The notes beneath the pieces are model-generated. The model was not told where the DNA came from, did not search any database, and saw nothing but the letters and a program-made list of their open reading frames with translations. A DNA stretch of 61,449 bases, counting the filler, from Hausera hauseri (taxonomy: Eukaryota): the NCBI GenBank assembly GCA_046269625.1. It is 10 parts of 10 records of this genome, joined end to end, with 100 filler letters (N's around TTAATTAATTAA, not from the genome) between each part and the next. Parts side by side here need not be neighbours in the genome. Positions count along the whole stretch, not along the records: positions 52,164 to 56,523 come from JBJURY010618220.1; positions 56,624 to 61,449 come from JBJURY010422809.1; 8 more parts are not named here. One strand, given 5' to 3'. Positions within the stretch are counted from its first letter, which is position 1. Each line of letters begins with the position of its first letter. This document shows positions 52,867 to 61,449 of this stretch, in pieces. The position numbers and the translations under genes were made by a program.

Positions 52867-54985
52867 GAGAATGCCAAAATACCGATGATTCCGTTAACAT
52901 CTACTGAATGGTCTTGTTTTAAAAATGCAACAACTTGTTACCTCTGTCATGAAAAGGGCACTACATTTGTTCGGGATCATTGCCATATCACAGGTAAATA
53001 CTTACGCGCAGCCTGAAATCGGTGTAACTTGGCTCGTAAGATTAGGGATAATTTACCTGTTATTTTCCATAATTTGCGTGGATATGATCTCCATCATATC
53101 TTGAAACACGCAGTAAGTAAATTCAACAGTTGGGAATTAAGTGTTATTCCGCAAACAACTGAAAAGTTTTTAACAATGCAGGCAATGATCCGCTGTTCAG
53201 CTAAAAAGTCAGTATCTATTCGGTTTCTAGACTCGTTCCAGTTTCTACCGGCTTCACTGAAGACTTTGGCTTCCAACTTAGATAGCTATCCTTTTACTGA
53301 GTCAGCTTTTCCTTCTGACATTATTAAGGGAAAAGGTATTTTTCCATACACTGCAGCCAAATCTTTCAGTGACTTGCAGTCTATTAAGGCGTTGCCATCG
53401 AAATGGGATGGTGTCAGTGATAGTGATTATTAGGCAGCACAAACGGCTTGGTTGAAATAGAGTTGTAGTTGTCTTTTAGATTATATGTTGGTATACATGA
53501 GGCTTGACGTATACTTATTAGGCGATGTCTTTGAACGGTTTAGAAAGGAGGTTAAGTTGCAGGATGGTTTACACGCGGTTAATTTCCTTCCAATTCCCGG
53601 TTTATCTTGGACAACTGCACTGAAATCCAGTTACTGTAAGATTGAGCTCATTAAGGATCCTGAGATGTAAAATTTCTATAAATGAGGTATTCGCGGTGGC
53701 ATGACTTTTGTAAACAAGCATAGGGTTACCGCTCATGAGAGCACCAGTCTCTTGTACACAGATGTAAATAATTTTTATGGTTGGGCTTTATCACAACCTT
53801 TGTCATTTGTGAATCTGACTTGGATTTACAATGAGGACGTCTTGGCCAGTCTGATCCACCAATTACCTGTTATTAACTGTGTTAAGAAAAAACGGTTTAG
53901 AAAGGTCTTTAAAGTTGACTCAAGCATTCCAGCTGACAAACATGGTAAGTTGCACCAACTGCCTCTAGCTTCAATTAATAAATGTCCTCCTGGTTCAAAA
54001 GTTAAGAAATTATTGCTGACACGAGCGTAAATCCAACTATGTTGTTCACTATCGGCTCTTACATTTGTACATCGAGTTAGGTGCTGTAGTTGAGAAGGTA
54101 CATCGGGCCGTTGAGTTTGACCAAGGTTATGTCTTTAAGGATTACATCGATCTTAATACTGCTAAAAGGGCTGCATCAAATAATCCTTTTGAAAAAGACT
54201 TTTGTAAGCTTAAGAACAACAGCTTATATGGCAAAACAATAGAGAATTTGCTGAATAGGTCAAACTTCAGATTGTTCAATAATGTTAAAAAGCTAATCAT
54301 GTATGTTAGTAAGGCCCAGTTTAAAGAGAGCATAATAATAGCCGATGATCTGGTTGCCGTTCTTCTCGATAAAGATAAGGTTACGTTAGATAGGCCATCA
54401 TACATCGGCCAGACCATACTTGATCTATCCAAGTTACGGATGTATGAGCTGAATTATATAGAGTTGGAGACGTATAGGCACCAGTTTAATTGCGAACTTA
54501 ATGTTGTTGCTGGTGACACTGACAGTTTCTTTCTTGAGTGTCGCGGTGTTGACTTAAAATCACAACTGTTACCAGCAATGATAGCTAATGAACAGCTAGA
54601 TACATCGAACTACGACAAGAGTGATCCGCTATACTCGACTCACTTCTCAGCTGTAATTGGGAAATTTAAAGACAAAAGTAAGGGCTGCGTTTAGTATGAA
54701 GAGGGGATTTTTCTAGGACCGAAATCTTATGCCCTTAAAACCCAATGCAAACCAGTTCTCAAATGTAAGGGCGTAAATCTGAAGCAGACAGATTTGAAAT
54801 TCGACAGCTCTTTACAGACTTATGAATCCGGTTGTGGGACCATGGTGGATCAGGAACAAATCGGGACTAAAAACCATCAACGTATGTCGATCAGCACAAA
54901 AAAGAAAGCATTGGATCCATTCGATGACAAACGGCAGTGGATTGAGAAAAACAGATCAGTTGCTTACCGACATTATTGTATTTAA
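52867..54985 (+). mobile_element. pPolB pseudogene (EndoVII-like motif, exonuclease and polymerase domains)
   Basis: CYLC...VRDHCHITGKYLRAA*NRCN; PVIFHNLRGYD; FLDSFQFL; KGIFPY; DVYLLGDVFERFR; YTDVNNFYGWAL; KLKNNSLYGKT; GDTDSFF; GKFKD; DDKR; AATAAA at ~55022; multiple stops. Confidence 0.94.
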
Positions 54986-55114
54986 TTGTAAATATTTCGA
55001 TTTATTTGTATATGTTGTATTAATAAAAGTTTTAATCTGTGTTATATTGTTTTTGTTAGTTAGGCCTTTAAGTAAATACGTTCAATTTCCTTTATTTTCT
55101 ACACTAGACACAGC

Positions 55115-55514
55115 GTGATGTTTGAACATATTACTACATAATCACATATTAAGAAAACAATACACATATAAAGGTAATCTATTGGAGGGAAACATGAATG
55201 CACCTAAGGGCACTTGATCCTTAAGGTGGAAATAGGGAAATCCAAGCTGCACTAAGCCAAACAAAGGCAAACAAAGCTAAACACTAGCCACACCAAGCTA
55301 AACCAAGGAAAACAAAACTAAACACTAACCACATTAAGCTAAAACAAGCCAAAGCAAAATAAACCTTAGCCACACCAAGCCAAAGCAAGCTTATTTCCCA
55401 TGTCTTGTTTCCCATTAGCCAATTTTCCTATCACACAATGACTCATCCGGCAAAGAAAACTTTTTTCTCCCTCGGGTGGAGGGTTGTGCTTATGTCCTCA
55501 CTTCTACCTACTCA
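55115..55514. mobile_element. ~400-bp insertion (solo-LTR- or MITE-like) containing a 10-bp-period repeat
   Basis: Starts TGA and ends TCA; truncates the minus-strand pPolB exactly at 55514; CCAAGCTAAA-like repeats at 55240-55390; terminal 16-mer shared with 52259-52274; no TSD seen. Confidence 0.45.
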
Positions 55515-56523
55515 TTTTCATTGGGTTGGAGAAAGTTTTCAAACTGTAAATCTATTTGCTTCAGATTTATATCTCTGCATTTCGACACTGCCTTTGTTTT
55601 CATCTTTAAACTTGCCTATAACAGCCGAGAAGCGATTGGAATAAAGAGGGTCGCTAGTACAATAATTCAACGTGTCTAATTCTTCATTTGAAATCATTGC
55701 TGGTAAGAGTTTTGATATTAAATCAACTCCACGGCATTCAGAAAAAAGCTCTCCGTGTCACCAGCAATGATATTTAATTCACAATTAAGCTGGTGTCTAT
55801 ACTTAACCAGTTCGATGTAATAAAGTTCGTACATCCGTAACTTTGATAGATCAAGTACGGTCTGACCGATGTATGAGGGCCTATCTAATGTAACTGTGTC
55901 CTTATCAAGGAGAACAGCAACAAGATCATCAGCAATAATAATACTTTCTTTGAACGCAGCTTTGCTGGCATATGCTACAAGCCTCTTTGCATTGTTACAA
56001 AGCCTCAATTTCATCAGATTTTCCACGGTTTTTCCATATAAACTGTTGTTTTTGAGCTTAAAAAATACTTTTCAAAAGCATTTTTAGCAGCAGCTCTCTT
56101 TGCTGCATTAAAGTTGATTCAATGGTTTTATATACCTTGTCAACTACAGCGCCTAACTTGATGTATGGCTGCAAAAGCCTATAGTGTATAACATAGTTGG
56201 ACGTTTGCTTGTGTGTTAGCAGCTATTTCTTTATTCGTGAACCAGGAGGTCATTGGTTGATGGGAGCTAAAGACAGTTGGTCTAACTTACTATGCTTATC
56301 AGCCGGAATTCTCAAATAAACTTCGAAGACGAGACTACGTTTTTGTGTAACAGTGTCGACAAATATAATTGTGAAATCAGAATGTTTAATTTATCTTCAT
56401 CATAAATTCAAACCAAATTTGCAAATGGTAAAACTTGAGATAAAGCCCAGCCGTACAAATTATTTACATCTATATACAAGATAGTGGTGCTTTCATCGGT
56501 GGTAACCCTATGCTTATTTACAA
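55515..56523 (-). mobile_element. Second pPolB copy, convergent with 52867-54985, decayed
   Basis: YIDVNNLYGWALSQ, KLKNNSLYGKTVEN, DRPSYIGQTVLDLSKLRMY, GDTES, GKFKDENKG; closely similar to the plus-strand copy, with deletions. Confidence 0.92.
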
Positions 56524-56623
56524 NNNNNNNNNNNNNNNNNNNNNNNNNNNNNNNNNNNNNNNNNNNNTTAATTAATTAANNNNNNNNNNNNNNNNNNNNN
56601 NNNNNNNNNNNNNNNNNNNNNNN

Positions 56624-58525
56624 GATCGTAGGTCAAGATCACATGGCATTAACTTTCCTTTATTCGTCAACATATTGTAGACTCTCGCACTGAGTATCGT
56701 TATTTGTGCGCCAGTGTCAACAAGAATTCTGACACGAATCTTGTCAAAATATACAATGCAGGAACTTGGATCTGAGGTGGCATTAATCTCATATGTTCTT
56801 TTCTTCGGACGCTGTAAGTACTGTTCGGTAACACCATTTGGTTGCTCAAATACCACAACTGGATGGGAGGATTCGTAACTGAGACTTGTTGGACTTTTAG
56901 TGATCTTCTTTCCTCGCAACTGTGGGGTGTTCTGGAAATTATCAGGGCGGGTGGGCAATCTCTGTAAGAACTGGCCATGGGAATGTGCGCTTCGGGACTC
57001 ATGAGGACTGGGTGGGGTGATTCTTCTAGCAGCGTTCATAAGACTAGACGGGCCATCATGGACTCTGTTCTTTGTAACCTGAGTGGATGCGTCTATATCC
57101 ATGGACTCTTCCTCGGGTCTAATGTTCGCATTTCTCCTCATCTCTCCGCGAGAGCTTCTTACATTATCCTTCGCTTTCAACCTGCTTGTGACATTCGTTT
57201 TCTTGAAACTTCAAAAACCTGGCTGCTGTTTGCTACCACTTGAATTCCGTTTAACATCTGCTGATTTCTTGGCAATGGTCTGCGTCCATTCTTCTGTGGA
57301 TTCTGTTTCCTTCGCAACTTAATATTTCTTCTCAGAAAGCCTTCCTCCTTTCTCGTCCCTAACCGCCGGAGGTTTACTTCAGCAAGGGTCACACGTTTCC
57401 CAGATTCAACTTGTCTACTGTCTTGGGATTGTGTTCCATGATCCATCTTGCAAAACTTTGCAAAATGTCCAACTCTGCCACAATGAAAACAATTTTTCGC
57501 TTGTGCAACACCTTTATCAGCTTCTTTAGGGGATTCTCTACTAGTTCTGCAATCTCTAGTCTTGTGACCAAACTGACCACATCGAAAACATTGTATAGGA
57601 CTCAACACTCCCTGAACTAACTTCTGGTTATTCTCTGCATAACTACTTCGTTGTACTGTTCCATTTATCCGCCTGTGCCTCAACTGATCAACTTCCATAG
57701 AATCTTCCTGTCTATCAACAACATTTCTCTGCCAAACCTCATATCTACTTGCTTCGAAAAATTTGCCTCATCAACTGCAATCTGAATAGCCTCATAGATA
57801 GAAGAGGGTTCATCTTTCATGAGCTTAATACGTGTGCGTTTGCATCGGAGACCGTCGGTAAAGATAGGAACCAGCGTCTTGCTAATATTCGTGGAGGAGA
57901 GATCTAAAGTATCAAACGCAGATTCAGCCATGTTCAACAATCTATCTCTGAACATCTGCGGAAGCTCATCTCTGTCCTGACGGATGCGTCATAAAGCTGC
58001 TAGTGCACACTGTATATCTGTAACTTCAGCATATCTGCTCTCTAACGTTCTCTTCAGTTCTGCCCATGTCTCATTCGGATGTGACTGCAGTCGCCTGCGA
58101 ATGAAGTCATTCACCAAGGCTTCAGACGTCATATAGGCAATTTCTTTCATCTCTAAGTCCCATGACTTGGAAAAGTGAGCAAAACGTTCCACTTGACTTA
58201 TCCAAACTTTAAATGCTTTCGGGTCTCTGCCGGTAAAGGACTGAACAGATGCCCGCAAACTCTGATATTTATTATGCATATCAGACTTCGTAACCATCTT
58301 CTCAATTGTATCTAATGTCTTCTTTACTGCGTCATCCTTATATGCCATAGGCGTCTTTCGACCTCTTTGCTTCATCTCTAAACTTCCTAATTGTAATTTG
58401 TCAACTATCACTTTCATCTCTTCATGTGCTACTCGCATATTATTATATTCTTGATACATCTTATCAACCTGACTCTGGGGGATTAATACCATTTGTTCTT
58501 CAACTTGGGGATTAGGACTAGCCAT
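56624..58525 (-). mobile_element. Ty3/gypsy gag-protease (different family), decayed
   Basis: Capsid-like FTGRDPKAFKVWI...TWAELK; FTDGL; two CCHC knuckles CFRCGQFGHKTRDC and CFHCGRVGHFAKFC; protease ILVDTGAQITIL; in-frame stop and frameshifts. Confidence 0.9.
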
Positions 58526-58850
58526 TTTAAATCGCTTTATCAACAAAACCCACTTATTGTTTATTCCTCACTATCCCAATGTAACTTCAATCTTCATCTC
58601 AACTTTAAACAAAATCTCAACATCAACATTTGTCTAAACATCACAACAAAAAGAATTTATTCAACTGTCTCGTCTTGTCTTCACCAGTGTTCACTGTGGC
58701 AAGTGTGTGTCTGCTGTGGATCAGTGCCGGTCTATGGCATCACGATATTAGTTTTGTGATAGCGTCGGTTGACGGCATCAATTCAAATGTGTACTTGTGA
58801 TAGCTACTCCTTGCTTGTAGCCCAGCCGGTATATATACATATATATATCT

Positions 58851-59030
58851 TGATCGTTGTGATAATAGAGTGCCTGAACTCAATATCTGGTTCAGTAACG
58901 CCACTAACTCAGTTAGGGCTTTACACTATTGCCGTAGTGATCGTTGTGATAATAGAGTGCCTGAACTCAATAACCGGTTCAGTAACGCCACTAACTCAGG
59001 GCTTTACACTCTTGCCGTAGTGATCGTTGT
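58851..59030. repeat. ~85-bp tandem repeat (2.1 copies) in the retrotransposon leader
   Basis: TGATCGTTGTGATAATAGAGTGCCTGAACTCAAT... at 58851, 58938 and partial at 59021. Confidence 0.92.
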
Positions 59031-60879
59031 ACTTCAAGTGTCGTTGTGTTTCCTCAGGCGTCCCAGGCGATCTGTAGCAGTCCTTGGTACTGCAATAAAC
59101 TTATCCAATACACACACTGACGTTTGCTCACAGTTCAATGAACACCAATTATTAAGCAACAACCTCTGAAAACAAAAAGTCTTTATTAAATTAGAACATC
59201 ATAATCCAACATAATAACTATCAAGGTACAACAGGAATAGACAGACAGACAAACAATTAGGTTTACCAACGTCTCCTCAACTTCTTCTGCTGGAATTCTC
59301 ACTGCAACACATCTGCAGGGTACCACACTATTATAATGTGCGTTACTGTCTTCACACTTCTTGAACACCTATTTCATTGTTTATTCACGTTCTCTACTTC
59401 GAGTGTCAATGTTCATATAATTCACAACTCACGTCGACAGGTACTACAACTTCAAGGATCTAGAACATCGTTAAGTAAGCCTCGGGAATCTTCTGAAGGA
59501 ACACACTGGTACGTCAGGATTTAAAGTTCTCCGATCAAGGACTAAACAGGATACTGGAATCAATGCCACTCTCTGCACTGGTAAGAAAGCGGTTGGTACA
59601 GCTCAAGGCGACAGAGGGTTCCAAGGTTTGACCGAATTCAACAGCTGAAATGTTTTCACCACGGGAGCAGGTACAGGTCAAGATGGCTGCCAAGGTCGAC
59701 AGGGTCGGGACTGAATGGATTTCGACTGGACTGGAGTTCTCTGGTTATGATTCAGGCTATATTTCGAATGACAATTAGCTATATTCTATACGACGTCAGT
59801 ATCAGCTACACTCCTGTATTCAGATCTGCTGTGATTGACACCCTTACGAGTAATTTTATCGACAGTGTTCACTTCTTCTATAATTTCACCTTTTACATCA
59901 ACTATTCTGCCATACAATTCAGCATTATATAAGTTCAGCTTCAGATAGCTCCTTTTACTGGAGTTACAATCCTTTAACACAATTAACAGCTTCTAACGAC
60001 AGTAGTTCACCAAATATCTGACAAACGAATAACAAAATGATTGCATATCAACAGTTCATCATTTCAGTTTAACTTCGTGCAAAACGTGACTTAGTATTGT
60101 TCTCAGCCTGACTTTTTCGTCATTGTGCATCTTTCTTCATCAATATAATTTACCAGCTTCACAAATTCTCCAATATATATATATATAACTGGTTAGTATA
60201 CTCGTAATTCAGCGTTCTAACACGAACTGTTATTCATAATCCGCTGATTTTATCACACCAGCATAGCGACATGTTCAGTGACCTAATTTCTCTTCTGTAC
60301 GACTAGAAAACACCGGAAGTAGACTAAAGTTCGCCTTACATATACATCGTTCTACTTACAACATGAGGTAGTTTATTCATCTTCGCTGGACAGCTTTGTA
60401 TAATTCTTCTGCAACCTTGTGTAGACAACAATTTGGAGCAGCGTTCAGCAATACTTAGATTTTACAAACTTGTGACGAGTGCGAACGTACAACCGTACGT
60501 GGTGATCAATGCAACTGACCTACTCTTACAATCGAGCCACAACTGCCGTGTAGAAATGGTTCCTAGAATGCTTCACAAAACATCTTGAAACTGTAGACAG
60601 GACCAGCGTGGTCTTGTCCGACGATAGTATGGCTATCGTCTTACTCAGCGAGATTCATATGACCTTCTCATCCAAATGCCGAGCTAACACTATTTCAAAT
60701 CTCTTTGTTCATACAAGGGTAAGATGTCGTCCTGTGATCACATGACACCTCGTGACCAATCTCTGGACGAGAATATTCTAGAGCGAAAAGGGGAGCTCAC
60801 TCGCTTTTACTGTAAATTAAACATTCTACTTTCAACTCGCTTAATTTTTTCTTCGCAGTTTTTATCTCTGTCACATTTG

Positions 60880-61237
60880 TCATGTCAGCAACTTTTCATG
60901 TTGGTGACTTTACATGATGACAACCTTCATGTCGACAACATTCGTGTAGTGACTTTGGAATGTCGGTAAGTTTTCATATCAGCAACATTCAAAGTCTCAA
61001 GTTTTCATGTTAGGATTTTTCACACTGACACATTTTCATGTCGACAACGTTCAGATCGACAACACCTTTTGTGTCATCAACTTTCATGTCGACAACCTTC
61101 ATATCAACAACATTCGTGTCGACAACTTTTGTGTAGCGACTTTGGAATGTCGGTAAGTTTTCATATCGGCAATATTCCACGTCTCAAGTTTTCATGTTAG
61201 GATTTTTCACGTCAACAAGTTTTCATTGAGGCAACCC
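60880..61237. repeat. ~15-bp-period degenerate array with a ~187-bp higher-order duplication
   Basis: GACAAC(C/A/T)TTC(A/G)TGTC units; GACTTTGGAATGTCGGTAAGTTTTCATATC at 60951 and 61138. Confidence 0.8.
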
Positions 61238-61449
61238 AGGGTATCTACAAAAAAGTCAAGATCACATTTAATGACTTTTTAATGAGCTTTTCATGATTTT
61301 TAATGATCTTCTCACGCGACACTATTTTGTTATCATTTGATAAAATAATGCACATAGACTTACCAATGTTGCTTCCATTGTTGTCTACACAAGTAATCCA
61401 GCTTCCAAGAATATATTCCAGAAATTATTTGAACCATTTGAAAAAAAAA

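Overview
This window is not a contiguous locus. It is 10 eukaryotic contigs joined by nine artificial 100-bp spacers (N44-TTAATTAATTAA-N44). Most contigs look like a compact-intron, AT-rich invertebrate, plausibly a fish parasite such as a monogenean flatworm (inference only). They carry: a partial Cav2-type calcium channel alpha-1 gene with a 72-nt U12 AT-AC intron; a decayed intronless LKB1/STK11 copy; an ACP6-like phosphatase 5' fragment; a large disordered protein; and many decayed TEs (Ty3/gypsy x4, mariner, Tc1, hAT, Penelope). There are also four remnants of protein-primed family-B DNA polymerase (pPolB, Polinton/Maverick-type). The strongest candidate for a novel system is contig 16564-20993. 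There a pPolB is followed on the same strand by a divergent TATA-binding-protein homolog, an unknown ORF, a dUTPase and a DEDD-type exonuclease, i.e. an endogenous pPolB virus-like element apparently carrying its own TBP. Contig 32566-42908 is teleost-like (probable host DNA) and is circularly permuted through a SINE whose target-site duplication is split between the two ends. This implies a tandemly amplified ~10.3-kb unit encoding a truncated eIF4G that keeps the PABP site and part of MIF4G but has no eIF4E site, MA3 or W2. All assignments come from manual motif recognition; no database searches were run.
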